From positions 64,001 through 128,000 of IMG/VR virus record IMGVR_UViG_3300005537_000002: a DNA stretch of 64,000 bases; one strand, 5' to 3'. Positions 43,665 to 53,445 of this stretch are shown here, one piece after another; positions within the stretch are counted from its first letter, which is position 1; the number at the start of each line of letters is the position of its first letter. A program made the position numbers and the translations under genes. Under the pieces are notes generated by a model that was not told the DNA's origin, ran no database searches, and worked only from the letters and a program-made list of their open reading frames with translations. Origin of the DNA: a virus.

Positions 43665-44321
43665 ATGTCACAACTTCAATTCCAACCAGATACGATACCA
43701 ACGAATCCAGACGACCTGACCTACGAAGCTAAGGGAGATGTGTTCCTTTTAGGTGAGGTGAAGAAAATGTCAACCTATTACGGTGGCGAATGCTTCAAGT
43801 GCGGTCGTAGCTTCAAGAAGGGGGATGAGATAGCGTTTGTGCCTAGGGGAAATGGTAGGGAAAGAGGTAGAGCGTATTGTCCAACGTTACTGTGCTTCTC
43901 TAACCCGGATACAGTACCGGAGACTCAGGAAGCACCGCTAACTGTGCCAGACGGGTACTACACAGTCGTCTTGAATGGTGATGAAACTGACTACGTTACC
44001 ATACGCATTTGGACCGGACTGTGGGGAGGAGATATACGTACAGTGTTGTCCCACTTGGTAGGACCGGATAACCAAGACCACTACTGCGGCTTTGCGTCTC
44101 TGGTCAATGGTAAAGTACGTATGTGGGCCAAATTTAAGGATAGCACGCGGCTACGCACCGCTGCTGAGTTCTTAATAGCAACGGACTCTCGTAAGGAAGC
44201 TAGTAAAACGTATGCTATGCAGTCTGGTCGTTGTGCTAGATGCAACCTGCCGCTGACAGTTCCGGCTAGCCTTCACGCAGGCTACGGTCCGATCTGCGCA
44301 GCAAAAGTAGGAGTATTGTAA
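43665..44321 (+). CDS. DUF6011-like protein with zinc fingers
   Basis: YAMQSGRCARCNLPLTVPASLHAGYGPICA; N-terminal CFKC...YC. Confidence 0.7.
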   Translation: MSQLQFQPDTIPTNPDDLTYEAKGDVFLLGEVKKMSTYYGGECFKCGRSFKKGDEIAFVPRGNGRERGRAYCPTLLCFSNPDTVPETQEAPLTVPDGYYTVVLNGDETDYVTIRIWTGLWGGDIRTVLSHLVGPDNQDHYCGFASLVNGKVRMWAKFKDSTRLRTAAEFLIATDSRKEASKTYAMQSGRCARCNLPLTVPASLHAGYGPICAAKVGVL

Positions 44322-44645
44322 ATGAGGATGACTAAGTCGCGTCAAGCAGCTCAAACTGCTTGGGAGAAGTTAAAAGACCTAGCACGTGCTAGGTCTTATA
44401 CACAGACGTGGGAAGATAGGGCGTTCGTATTCGTGAGTGTGGGTCTTTACAACTTCCACATGTTTGACCTAACGTTTGCGGACCAGCAAATCTTGCAAAG
44501 CGACGCTGAGTTTGTAGAACTGGAAGATCAGCGACACGCGACATTGTATTGGGAGAGTGTAGACGACCGCAAGGCTATGGCAACCATATTGGGAGTTCTT
44601 ACACTGCCAGAGAAAGAGCTACCTAAAGAATGGCAGGTGGTATAA
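44322..44645 (+). CDS. Hypothetical protein
   Basis: Operon packing. Confidence 0.55.
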   Translation: MRMTKSRQAAQTAWEKLKDLARARSYTQTWEDRAFVFVSVGLYNFHMFDLTFADQQILQSDAEFVELEDQRHATLYWESVDDRKAMATILGVLTLPEKELPKEWQVV

Positions 44646-44646
44646 A

Positions 44647-44928
44647 ATGACTAGATACCTTTGGAAAGATGTCCGACGGGTGGTGATCTCCGACTGGGTG
44701 GAAGTCGACCAAGGACAACTTGAAGCGTTCGTAGAGAAGTGGAAGGAGGATCACCCGGAAGATCATAAGTACGCAGTTTACGCAGACAGACATTGGAAGT
44801 TACGTAGAGACGCGGTTAAGGCGTTCGTACAAGCACAGTTTGACGTGACGCACACGTTACCGGATTGGGTGATTGCTCAGGAAGAGTGGATAGTCATACA
44901 AGAAGTACTTATGGAAAGGGAGTTGTAA
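44647..44928 (+). CDS. Member of a three-gene paralog family (44647, 46066, 46374)
   Basis: D.VEVD...LEAFV..+...LR.+A+.AF+......H.LPDW. Confidence 0.6.
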   Translation: MTRYLWKDVRRVVISDWVEVDQGQLEAFVEKWKEDHPEDHKYAVYADRHWKLRRDAVKAFVQAQFDVTHTLPDWVIAQEEWIVIQEVLMEREL

Positions 44929-45402
44929 ATGACTTCCATATTCGACGATCGTGGAGGTAGTACTCCCATGTGGCCTACATTTAGGGGTGTAGACTTGAGC
45001 GAGGACGTAAAGGATGCAGTAGCTAGGGCGGTTAAGGGGTACATGTTTTTGACCGAAGGGATACAGGTCGGTAGTCACATGTTCGGTCTATCACATCACA
45101 AGTCCGTAATGTCGTTTGAGCTCTCTAAGATGTGCCGTCGGGCACATCTTAGCAGCGTAGGTCCGCTATACGTACTAGTAGCACTGTGTGAGTACGGTAA
45201 CGGACCTACGATTGGTATTGTACCTCATCTCTACCCTCAGTACCCACACGTACTGAGATTTGATGCTGTAGCGGTAGAACGCATCATGTTTGTATGCTAC
45301 CGACAGGTAGCATTAGCCGTATACGAAGCTAGTTCTTGTCCTACGCCAACGGAAGTGCTCAGCTTCCTACGCAAGGGGCAAGAGTTATATGGTACGAGGT
45401 GA
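44929..45402 (+). CDS. Hypothetical protein
   Basis: AAGGGAG RBS. Confidence 0.55.
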   Translation: MTSIFDDRGGSTPMWPTFRGVDLSEDVKDAVARAVKGYMFLTEGIQVGSHMFGLSHHKSVMSFELSKMCRRAHLSSVGPLYVLVALCEYGNGPTIGIVPHLYPQYPHVLRFDAVAVERIMFVCYRQVALAVYEASSCPTPTEVLSFLRKGQELYGTR

Positions 45403-45743
45403 GTATGAAGAAAGTCGAAGTCACGCGTCAGCAGGTAGCGGAGTTTAGCACACTACTGTCGATGCGGATCCTGTACGGAATCGGAGATACTATGCGAGCG
45501 TATCACCGAGATATGGATGAGATGCCCCAAGAACTCCGCGAGTTGCTAGAGTACTTGTTGAGAGACGGGGATGCTCCACTCTCTCAACACTTCATCAATA
45601 AGAACATTGCTTCTGCCATCGAAGAAGCAATTCGGGAAGACATATACTTACACTGCGGTTTCGAGCACCACAACATCGAACTCGTCGGTGAAGAACCCGA
45701 CGACGTATTCTACGACCTAGAACAGAAAGGTAAGATGGCATGA
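45336..45743 (+). CDS. Hypothetical protein
   Basis: GAGGTG RBS before the internal ATG. Confidence 0.5.
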   Translation: MSYANGSAQLPTQGARVIWYEVSMKKVEVTRQQVAEFSTLLSMRILYGIGDTMRAYHRDMDEMPQELRELLEYLLRDGDAPLSQHFINKNIASAIEEAIREDIYLHCGFEHHNIELVGEEPDDVFYDLEQKGKMA

Positions 45744-46063
45744 CTAACCAACGACCTAAAATCAAGCATGAAGGGAAACCTTCGGAACAACAAGAAGCCG
45801 TGTACGAAGCTATAGACGCTCACCTAGCAGACGAATGTAGGTATGAGTGGAGTCTACCTCTCTACAAACTGGATGGAACAGTACTCGTAGTACTCCATCC
45901 AGAACTGAACGCTCACGCGTACGAGTCCAAAGAACTAGTGTACTGCCTCGAGGGTCGCGTTATTAAGGTAATGGTTATAGACCTGGGTTCGATATCGCTA
46001 GAGGACGAGCGTAGAGTCCGTAGACAGCACGAGTTTGGCGATTGCGAAGACGAGGAGAACTAA
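45740..46063 (+). CDS. Hypothetical protein
   Basis: ATGA overlap. Confidence 0.55.
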   Translation: MTNQRPKIKHEGKPSEQQEAVYEAIDAHLADECRYEWSLPLYKLDGTVLVVLHPELNAHAYESKELVYCLEGRVIKVMVIDLGSISLEDERRVRRQHEFGDCEDEEN

Positions 46064-46065
46064 CA

Positions 46066-46374
46066 ATGGCTGATAGGAAGTTATGGTTTGGCTACTACGC
46101 AAAAGTGGAGGGGACGATAGCTGATGAGTTCGTAGTAGACGAGACCGAGTTCGAGGACTTCTTAGCACAGTACAAAGCTCGCTCACGAGACGAGTGGCAG
46201 AGTCAGAATCCAACGGATGCCGAACTGAGAGAAGAAGCAGTCGAAGCGTTCATTGAAGAGTGGCTTAGAAAGAACCATGGAGCTGATACCGTACCGAATT
46301 GGCTTGACATCGACCTCACAACAGATGAGGAGTTCACGACTGCAGTCGTTGACGAAGATAAGGAGAACCAATAA
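46066..46374 (+). CDS. Highly acidic paralog (possible DNA mimic)
   Basis: GAGGAG RBS; family motif. Confidence 0.6.
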   Translation: MADRKLWFGYYAKVEGTIADEFVVDETEFEDFLAQYKARSRDEWQSQNPTDAELREEAVEAFIEEWLRKNHGADTVPNWLDIDLTTDEEFTTAVVDEDKENQ

Positions 46375-46655
46375 TGAGTGGTAAGACGTTAAGGTTTAGC
46401 TACAGTGCGAGTATCGCAGTGGCAGTAGAGGATGAAGTAGAAGTCGATGAGGATGAATTGGAAGCCTTCGTTGCAGAGTATATAGAACAAAACAAACTTC
46501 GGCTAGAGGACGACACTGAGGAAGAGCTTAGAGACGAGGCGATAGCAGATTTCGTGGAGGAGAATTTCAAGGAAACCCACTACCTACCGGATTGGGCGTA
46601 CGAGTACGAGCAGAACGAGCGTACAGCAGAGCTTATCGAAGACGAAGGTGACTAA
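46374..46655 (+). CDS. Highly acidic paralog (possible DNA mimic)
   Basis: 32 D/E versus 7 K/R in 93 aa; family motif. Confidence 0.6.
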   Translation: MSGKTLRFSYSASIAVAVEDEVEVDEDELEAFVAEYIEQNKLRLEDDTEEELRDEAIADFVEENFKETHYLPDWAYEYEQNERTAELIEDEGD

Positions 46656-46660
46656 TCACT

Positions 46661-46930
46661 ATGCCGGAATACCTATTAGAAGCCCTTAAACAGTTGCTAG
46701 AGAGGCGGATTGAGTTTACGGAGAACTACTTAGGTGGAGGTGGAGGTGCTGAGTTAGCAAGGGACCTCTGTCGAATGGATCGACAGTTAGAGGTTGTGAA
46801 AGAACTTTTAGCAGACTACCCGAGCTTCGAATGGCTCAAGCAGATATGGAACGAGAACTTCTACGGTGGATACGACTCCTTAGAGGCGTACAAACTCGAC
46901 AACCCAGAAGAGAGGAGAACTAATGAGTAG
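46661..46930 (+). CDS. Hypothetical protein
   Basis: Operon packing. Confidence 0.5.
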   Translation: MPEYLLEALKQLLERRIEFTENYLGGGGGAELARDLCRMDRQLEVVKELLADYPSFEWLKQIWNENFYGGYDSLEAYKLDNPEERRTNE

Positions 46931-47204
46931 CAAACTCGACACGGCTATGAACCGGGGTATGGCAATGGTTGTTAGGATGGACACTCAAGCTATGCTTGAA
47001 CGGGCTAGGCAACTGGAAGCACAGTACCCCGCGTACTGCTGGGTGTCAGATATCAGTTCAGAAAGGGACCCGTTGAACAGACCCCTGTTGCGACCGACCT
47101 TTTACTACTTTACCCAAAGAGGTGCTTATTGGGTAAATGAGGATTGGATACAGACCGGAAGGGGAACCCCTACTATAGACAGTAGCTTAAAAGAGGAGAT
47201 CTAA
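46923..47204 (+). CDS. Hypothetical protein
   Basis: GAGGAG RBS. Confidence 0.5.
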   Translation: MSSKLDTAMNRGMAMVVRMDTQAMLERARQLEAQYPAYCWVSDISSERDPLNRPLLRPTFYYFTQRGAYWVNEDWIQTGRGTPTIDSSLKEEI

Positions 47205-47794
47205 TGTCGTATAAACACCCAACCTTTTACCTTGGTACGTCGGAGAGGATCGAGCGTCGCGTATGGGATGCTATTGTAGATACCGTTATACACTTGCTAG
47301 AGTCCGGTATGACGACGTCTCAAGCCGACGAGGCGTTACCGACAGCTGAACTATACACGACAGACACTGAAGTACGTGAGGCTCACCGACAACTACAAGC
47401 TAAAGTTAGGCAGTCTTTTGGTACACGTTGGTGGACTTATACCGATGAGGACCCTATATGGTGGGCTGTTGACATACTGACCGATCGACTAGCACAGGAG
47501 GGTATCGTCACCCCACGAATAATCGATGACCGACCAGCGGATGATTGCGTTTGCTGGATGAACACCATTATAGAGAAGGGTGTAGAAAACGATAACTCCG
47601 GTTGGAAGATGTCGGTTGACCTGAAAGAGATACAAGAGTCTGCTTTGTGGGGCCGTAAGTGTGATACCTTACCAGAGTGGAACGGCGACAGCTCATACTA
47701 CGTTATGGGTAGTGAAAAGCGTATTATACGCGTGACCGTAGAGGATCTCGGCTGCATGCCAAGAGACTTCGCCGAAGACTACGATGAGGACTAA
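47204..47794 (+). CDS. Hypothetical protein
   Basis: TAATG overlap; GAGGAG RBS. Confidence 0.6.
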   Translation: MSYKHPTFYLGTSERIERRVWDAIVDTVIHLLESGMTTSQADEALPTAELYTTDTEVREAHRQLQAKVRQSFGTRWWTYTDEDPIWWAVDILTDRLAQEGIVTPRIIDDRPADDCVCWMNTIIEKGVENDNSGWKMSVDLKEIQESALWGRKCDTLPEWNGDSSYYVMGSEKRIIRVTVEDLGCMPRDFAEDYDED

Positions 47795-47796
47795 GT

Positions 47797-48000
47797 ATGC
47801 AACGTTGGTGTATTAAGGACGAACGTGTCGTAGTACTGTTGCTCCTGAACGGATTCGTCGTACAGGATTTGGTGGGTGTTACAGATGGTACGAATTGGAT
47901 GTACACTGACCTCCCTATAGAGGTGAACTGTCAGTACCTACTACCAGACGGACACGTTATCAGATCGGTTGGTACAGAACTAAAACTAGTAGGAGAGTAG
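47797..48000 (+). CDS. Hypothetical protein
   Basis: GAGGA RBS. Confidence 0.45.
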   Translation: MQRWCIKDERVVVLLLLNGFVVQDLVGVTDGTNWMYTDLPIEVNCQYLLPDGHVIRSVGTELKLVGE

Positions 48001-48003
48001 GCG

Positions 48004-48381
48004 ATGAGTCGGGGTGAAGGTTACTTGCTAGCTAGGGATTATGAGTTTGCCGAGATAGTACGGAGTATTGGGGAGGATTGGTTAGGAGTGAGTATAAAGC
48101 CTCAGTACTCCGGTGGGATACGAGGGCCGATAATACGATATGCTATCGGTGCTAGGGGCAATGGTATGTGGTTTCTCGGAGCTGACTGTGCTCGAACGTA
48201 CTTGCAATGGAGTAGATTTGGTAGCTACTACGGACCAAACGGTACGATGACGTTGCGAAAGCGTATTCTGAGTAATCCTAACTGCCGTAGACTAGCGAAA
48301 ACACTACTAGTTGAGGTGTATTACTCGCACGTGTCCGAAGATATAGTAGCGGAAGCACACAGTCTAGTCGGAGGTAATTAA
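48004..48381 (+). CDS. Hypothetical protein
   Basis: AGGAG RBS. Confidence 0.55.
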   Translation: MSRGEGYLLARDYEFAEIVRSIGEDWLGVSIKPQYSGGIRGPIIRYAIGARGNGMWFLGADCARTYLQWSRFGSYYGPNGTMTLRKRILSNPNCRRLAKTLLVEVYYSHVSEDIVAEAHSLVGGN

Positions 48382-48383
48382 CA

Positions 48384-48827
48384 ATGACAGGCACCGATTA
48401 CAGCCAGGTGTTCAATCCTGTGCTAGATGGAGACGGTCTGGAAGTAGAAGGTCATAGACACGACCTTTATTGGGAGGTTGAACGTCGCACCGAAAATTGG
48501 TGGCAGTGGTATTGGATTGTACCAGTTCGACGTAGCGAGTTTGTCTACAAGGTGAGTATAGATAACTGCATGGGTAGGTTCATCGCACTCAGACGAGGTT
48601 TAACTGAGGAGTTGGTTGACAGCACTCGCCTGCGGAAGAAAGAAGACCTAGCGAACTCACTCAAACTGACTGTAGAAGCCTATGAGGGTGACTACATTGT
48701 ACTCACTGACGGTTGGCATCTAGCAGGCAGGTGGCAAGTCGAGCACGGCAAGCTCGTAGCAGTTAGCGTTCCGGATGACGTTAAGTGGAGGCAAGGACCA
48801 CCGAGACTGTACGGAATGGCCTCATAG
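48384..48827 (+). CDS. Hypothetical protein
   Basis: GGAGGT RBS. Confidence 0.55.
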   Translation: MTGTDYSQVFNPVLDGDGLEVEGHRHDLYWEVERRTENWWQWYWIVPVRRSEFVYKVSIDNCMGRFIALRRGLTEELVDSTRLRKKEDLANSLKLTVEAYEGDYIVLTDGWHLAGRWQVEHGKLVAVSVPDDVKWRQGPPRLYGMAS

Positions 48828-48842
48828 AAAAGGACTAAGCAA

Positions 48843-49076
48843 ATGACTTTAGACCCACACGGTCGCAGTGACATTGAGACCGCGATACTGTACTACACCG
48901 AACTGCTGCGACGTATACCTGAGCTACAGGAGAACACCCTCCGTATACAGCAGATTTCGTTTAAGATTGCTGTGCTGAACTCTATACCGAGTATGGACAG
49001 TATACGAGACCAGCTAGCGTATTGGGAGCAGTTCGGAGCACCCAAAGAGGGCCTACTTGGAGATGAGCCTGAATGA
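48843..49076 (+). CDS. Hypothetical protein
   Basis: AAAGGA RBS. Confidence 0.5.
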   Translation: MTLDPHGRSDIETAILYYTELLRRIPELQENTLRIQQISFKIAVLNSIPSMDSIRDQLAYWEQFGAPKEGLLGDEPE

Positions 49077-49540
49077 GTCGTAGGACGCATATGCTGTCAC
49101 TGGTGTTCGTCGGCATGGCATTGTGTACTGTGCTAATATTATTATGGCAAGCTATTACTAATCCTACCAACTACTTCCATGTCAGTTTTGATGCCTCAAC
49201 TCCGGTAGTGATGTACGACTTGCCCCCGGGTTCTCCTCATAGTTTCGAACGCTTTAGAGCACAGTACAAAGTGGTAGTACCCTACTGTGCTATGCCTCAA
49301 ATCGAACCTTGGCTTAACAACCGGCAGGGTACAGTTACTGCCAGTGATCAGAACGGCAACGGCTGTTTAGTAAGTGTGAACTCGAAACCCGTATGGATGC
49401 CGCCTACACAGTCGCAGTACTGGATTTGGTACGGATACACCTCGTGGAGAGACTGCAACCTCAGAACTCCAATTAGAGCGGCGTGCGACTTTTGGAATGC
49501 AAACGGTACCGAGTTGCTCGCTCGGTACAACAAATTATAG
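49073..49540 (+). CDS. Membrane-anchored or secreted protein
   Basis: N-terminal signal/TM helix; Cys pairs. Confidence 0.55.
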   Translation: MSRRTHMLSLVFVGMALCTVLILLWQAITNPTNYFHVSFDASTPVVMYDLPPGSPHSFERFRAQYKVVVPYCAMPQIEPWLNNRQGTVTASDQNGNGCLVSVNSKPVWMPPTQSQYWIWYGYTSWRDCNLRTPIRAACDFWNANGTELLARYNKL

Positions 49541-49550
49541 GTTTGCCATC

Positions 49551-49580
49551 TTGTAAAACACCCGTAAGATTTATTATAAT
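49551..49580 (+). promoter_or_regulatory. Sigma70-like phage promoter
   Basis: CATC-TTGTAA-18-TATAAT-ATAAAT. Confidence 0.75.
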
Positions 49581-49630
49581 ATAAATAGTAATAAATTATT
49601 ACTACATACCACCACTTAGGAGGTTAACGC

Positions 49631-50284
49631 ATGTCAGACGACGTAACACTCACGCAGGTAGAGTTGGAAAAAGCTAATGCATACATGTACTCACGGAAGA
49701 CCATTATGCACGACGATGGAGAGTTCTACTTCTATCACGGACTAAAAGGTGCACTACATCATGCTTTGCGTGTGGCAATTAACGATTACCACGAAGAGCA
49801 CAGGATGGACTACGAACGCTTTATGAGTATGCCAACAGCTAAGGAAGGCCGGCGTAAGACTATTCTGTACGCCGAACTAGACTCGGAAGGGCTTATGCCT
49901 ATCTGTGCTGACTGGCAGACGACTCACCAGGAGTTGGAAGACGTAGTTAGACGATGTCTAGAGACAAAGCCTTTCACTGACGATGACTTAGCAGACGCTC
50001 TCGTTTGGGGACTTCGCGCTCGTATGGTACTAGCTGTGCAGAGAGTGATAGCCGAATGGAGACCAAAGCTAGAGGCGTTGACGTATACTGTTTGGCTTGC
50101 TAACCAGATTGACCTAGCTTGCCAACACATACCGACAGACAGCGAACGGACGTTGGACATCGAGATCGTTGTAGAATGGATGCTATCGCAAGACAAGGCC
50201 AAAGTAATGGACCACTGTCTGCGTGGAGTACAGCCATACTACGACACAGACGTTTGCGATCTGTGGTTTGCCTATTACAACTAA
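49631..50284 (+). CDS. Hypothetical protein
   Basis: AGGAGG RBS. Confidence 0.6.
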   Translation: MSDDVTLTQVELEKANAYMYSRKTIMHDDGEFYFYHGLKGALHHALRVAINDYHEEHRMDYERFMSMPTAKEGRRKTILYAELDSEGLMPICADWQTTHQELEDVVRRCLETKPFTDDDLADALVWGLRARMVLAVQRVIAEWRPKLEALTYTVWLANQIDLACQHIPTDSERTLDIEIVVEWMLSQDKAKVMDHCLRGVQPYYDTDVCDLWFAYYN

Positions 50285-50297
50285 GTACAGTTAGTTT

Positions 50298-50330
50298 ACA
50301 GTGTAGAGTACGTAAAGTACTCTACACTGT
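50298..50330. other. 14-bp intergenic hairpin without a T tract
   Basis: ACAGTGTAGAGTAC-GTAAA-GTACTCTACACTGT. Confidence 0.6.
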
Positions 50331-50350
50331 GCTATGAAGGGGGTATAAAC

Positions 50351-50572
50351 ATGCCTTTATGGAAAGTCTCTGATTTCAAGTTGTATCGTGGGACATTTAC
50401 AGACTCTGAAGGGTTTCACGCGGTTGTGTTCCATGCGCTTGACGAGCTCAACGAGGTATATGTTCTTGGGGATGAGTACACTGACGCCAAGGATATAGAG
50501 GTCGAGTTGCATAAACAGCCTTCACTCTACGCCGACCTGGAAATCGGTATCATTATTAAGGAGAGGGAGTAA
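50351..50572 (+). CDS. Hypothetical protein
   Basis: AAGGGGG RBS. Confidence 0.5.
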   Translation: MPLWKVSDFKLYRGTFTDSEGFHAVVFHALDELNEVYVLGDEYTDAKDIEVELHKQPSLYADLEIGIIIKERE

Positions 50573-50574
50573 TT

Positions 50575-50868
50575 ATGCCGAATACAGCACTAGGCAATGA
50601 GTATTGGGATAAAGCTATCCCCTTTCCAGATGCAAGTCCGGAAGTGGACGTGTACACCAATATCCGAGGTATTGCGGACATGCACAACGGAGACGTAACC
50701 AAAGTTGTAGAGCACCTGAAAGTGCATATACTTGACCGGTGGCGAAAAGTGGCAAAGATTCCAGGCTTTGACCAGCAGTATTACGACAACTGGAACCGTC
50801 GAGTACAGTTGTTAGAGACTGAGATACAACATCTCGAACAGCGACAGAAAGGGCACGCGAATGCCTAA
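50575..50868 (+). CDS. Hypothetical protein
   Basis: GGGAG RBS. Confidence 0.5.
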   Translation: MPNTALGNEYWDKAIPFPDASPEVDVYTNIRGIADMHNGDVTKVVEHLKVHILDRWRKVAKIPGFDQQYYDNWNRRVQLLETEIQHLEQRQKGHANA

Positions 50869-51316
50869 AACCGTAGAGCAGTTAGCGTTGGAGTTGGATG
50901 ACGAAGAAGTACTGGCTGCGTATGCGTACTTGCAGTTCAACTCAGCCGTAGACAACGACTGTTGGTTGAGAGTCATTCTATCATGCGGTAACGAAGAGGA
51001 CCGTACTTCGATTGAAGCCTATCTAGCGAAGCTATGGCCTAGCATACGACTGCCTTCAACTGACGACATGAGAGAGTTCGTCAAGCAGCAGTGGACTAAG
51101 TACCCACCGAAGGTACGGGAGACTCCTAGGTTCGTGCAAGCACAGTTGTATGTGGAGCTTATCAAAGAGGCTCAACAAGGTATCAAGATAGAACGTAACC
51201 TCAAACCTAACCCAAATCTAGAGCGCACGACACAACAGTATACGGATGCCATTGATAGATACCTGTGGTGGTTACGAGTCAATGGCTATGAAGTGGCTGA
51301 CAGAGCTCATACTTAG
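50861..51316 (+). CDS. Hypothetical protein
   Basis: Overlap packing. Confidence 0.55.
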   Translation: MPKTVEQLALELDDEEVLAAYAYLQFNSAVDNDCWLRVILSCGNEEDRTSIEAYLAKLWPSIRLPSTDDMREFVKQQWTKYPPKVRETPRFVQAQLYVELIKEAQQGIKIERNLKPNPNLERTTQQYTDAIDRYLWWLRVNGYEVADRAHT

Positions 51317-51346
51317 GACTCTGTCAGTAAGAAATGGAGGTCAACT

Positions 51347-51682
51347 ATGGGAGCGCTATTTGAGCGCCGACCGGAAAACGCTATTCCGAGGCACGTGAGA
51401 ACTATGCTGCAAATGTTGTTAGACAACCAGCCGGAGTTTGCTGGTCGAACGTATCCTGGTATGCCAGATGAGATGTTAGGACCTCACTCGGCAAGCTTCG
51501 TAATGGAGTACCATGGACAGGCACTAGTTGTTACTGTCACTGACGTGGACTCTGTCGCACTAGCGAGGGAGGACGAAAGTGACATGCCCGAGTTTGTGGA
51601 GGCTCAGTTGTATCGTATGTGGGAGAACGGACCAACCGACGAACCCGTCGTACAACCACCACTCTGGTATGAGGAGGACTAA
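51347..51682 (+). CDS. Hypothetical protein
   Basis: GGAGGT RBS. Confidence 0.55.
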   Translation: MGALFERRPENAIPRHVRTMLQMLLDNQPEFAGRTYPGMPDEMLGPHSASFVMEYHGQALVVTVTDVDSVALAREDESDMPEFVEAQLYRMWENGPTDEPVVQPPLWYEED

Positions 51683-51685
51683 ACT

Positions 51686-52078
51686 ATGTCTAAGATCTCT
51701 TGGTACACACTACTAAGCCGTCTGAACGAATCTTGGTTAGAAGAGAATGACATGTTAGGAGAAGTAACTGAGATATACTTGCAAGAACCCGAACACAAGG
51801 TAGGAGATATGGTAGCACTCTTCTACCACCTACTCGACTGTGGTGATGACTTTTTCTGCCACTCGGATAGACATAACCCAGCTTATGCTGCTGAGAACGC
51901 TCTTACCAGCGACGGAGACGAAGTTATCCGATTCACATTCCCCAACGGTAGCGAGTTTTACCTGACAGTAAGTAAAACTCCACCGGAAGGAGTCTCTACT
52001 GCATTCGAAAACACGTTCGACAGAGGTTCTAGCTACCGTACCGAGGAGTTGCTAGAACGACTCGGTTGGGAGGACTAA
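51686..52078 (+). CDS. Hypothetical acidic protein
   Basis: GGAGG RBS. Confidence 0.55.
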   Translation: MSKISWYTLLSRLNESWLEENDMLGEVTEIYLQEPEHKVGDMVALFYHLLDCGDDFFCHSDRHNPAYAAENALTSDGDEVIRFTFPNGSEFYLTVSKTPPEGVSTAFENTFDRGSSYRTEELLERLGWED

Positions 52079-52081
52079 GCT

Positions 52082-52357
52082 ATGTCTAGACGAAGTTGGA
52101 AACGTATACCACTCCGACAACGCTTGGAGGAAGCTTGGCAGTCGAACCCATGGTACGAACAATCGCTGTACACGTACAGGCTGTATACGAGTGAGGACGA
52201 TACTTGGAGCTTCCAACAGCACCCGTTGCCGGAACGTTGCGGTCAGTGTCAGGAACTCTCCGGTTGGTGGGATCCGAGAATCGGTACATACCACTGTGCT
52301 AATTGCGGGTCGTACCGAACTCAACTTGCTATACAGGGCATCGTTTGGGTGCTATAG
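52082..52357 (+). CDS. Zinc-ribbon protein
   Basis: CGQC...CANCG. Confidence 0.5.
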   Translation: MSRRSWKRIPLRQRLEEAWQSNPWYEQSLYTYRLYTSEDDTWSFQQHPLPERCGQCQELSGWWDPRIGTYHCANCGSYRTQLAIQGIVWVL

Positions 52358-52367
52358 TATAGGCCTC

Positions 52368-52397
52368 TTGTTTTCAGTGGGAGGTTTATATTATAAT
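52368..52397 (+). promoter_or_regulatory. Sigma70-like phage promoter
   Basis: CCTC-TTGTTT-18-TATAAT. Confidence 0.75.
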
Positions 52398-52437
52398 ATA
52401 ATATATAAATGAACTTACAATACACGAAGGAGGGATC

Positions 52438-53088
52438 ATGCTACTACTACGCATACACGTACCAAGTAAAGAGGAGGGGGATCGGTTTCACCATACGGGG
52501 CCTACTGACAAGATGGTGGAAGGTGTACGACTATATGGCACGTTTGGTGTCATTACTAGAGAAGACAAACCCACTTCAGTGGGGTATCGCGGTGGTGGGA
52601 GTTACGAGTCTGACGATAGTTATGTAGGATCTGCAGACATCACTTGCGACGACGACCAGATAGAGGCTACCTTCCAGTGGTTGCACTCCAACGGCTTTTG
52701 GAACGTAACGATAGAAGATGCTGGCTTCTATGTCGAACATGATCAACGAGAGGCCGACCGGAAAGCACAATTGCAATGGAAGAAGGACCACGCAACTGAA
52801 CTGTTGGACCAGATCGTTACGATAGCCGTAGCAGAAGAACACCAAGCAGTATACAGACTTCCTTACCGGTGCATCTACGAAGTTATGTTGAGAGCATCAG
52901 TTAACTTCTCGATTCCAGACGATGAGGACGATCCGAACAGTTCAACACACCCACTTACTCCCGCGGAGTTCTTTGAGATGCTCGACGAAGTCGGTTTGTG
53001 TAACCGGTGGTTCCGACTAAGTAACGCATTGTACGAAGCCGACTGGCAACAGTATAAAGTAGCTGACATTAACCACTGGGTTGTATAG
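52438..53088 (+). CDS. Hypothetical protein
   Basis: AAGGAGG RBS. Confidence 0.6.
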   Translation: MLLLRIHVPSKEEGDRFHHTGPTDKMVEGVRLYGTFGVITREDKPTSVGYRGGGSYESDDSYVGSADITCDDDQIEATFQWLHSNGFWNVTIEDAGFYVEHDQREADRKAQLQWKKDHATELLDQIVTIAVAEEHQAVYRLPYRCIYEVMLRASVNFSIPDDEDDPNSSTHPLTPAEFFEMLDEVGLCNRWFRLSNALYEADWQQYKVADINHWVV

Positions 53089-53103
53089 ATATGGAGTCTA
53101 GCC

Positions 53104-53445
53104 GTGATGAGTGAACGCGAAGATGCCCGATCAGAGGAGTACGTAGAGTTACCCCTACCGAAGCGTATCTACTATCAAATGTTGGATGCTGTTTCTCGTG
53201 TTTTGAAAAGAGATATGACTGACACCGAGTGGTATGCAGCCGGTAGACCTATGCTTGCAGCAGAAGTCCCACCCAGACGTACTCGCAAGGTGTATAACAC
53301 ATCGTACTGCAGACATTGCAACCGAAATAAAGTTGCAAGTTGGTCAAAGACCAAACTCTGTAGGTCTTGTAGGCAGCTACACTACACCCGGGGTTGGCCT
53401 ACCGAAGCTCCGAATACTGTAGAGGAGTCCAACGATGTTCAGTAG
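53104..53445 (+). CDS. Zinc-finger-containing hypothetical protein
   Basis: CRHC...CRSC. Confidence 0.5.
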   Translation: MMSEREDARSEEYVELPLPKRIYYQMLDAVSRVLKRDMTDTEWYAAGRPMLAAEVPPRRTRKVYNTSYCRHCNRNKVASWSKTKLCRSCRQLHYTRGWPTEAPNTVEESNDVQ

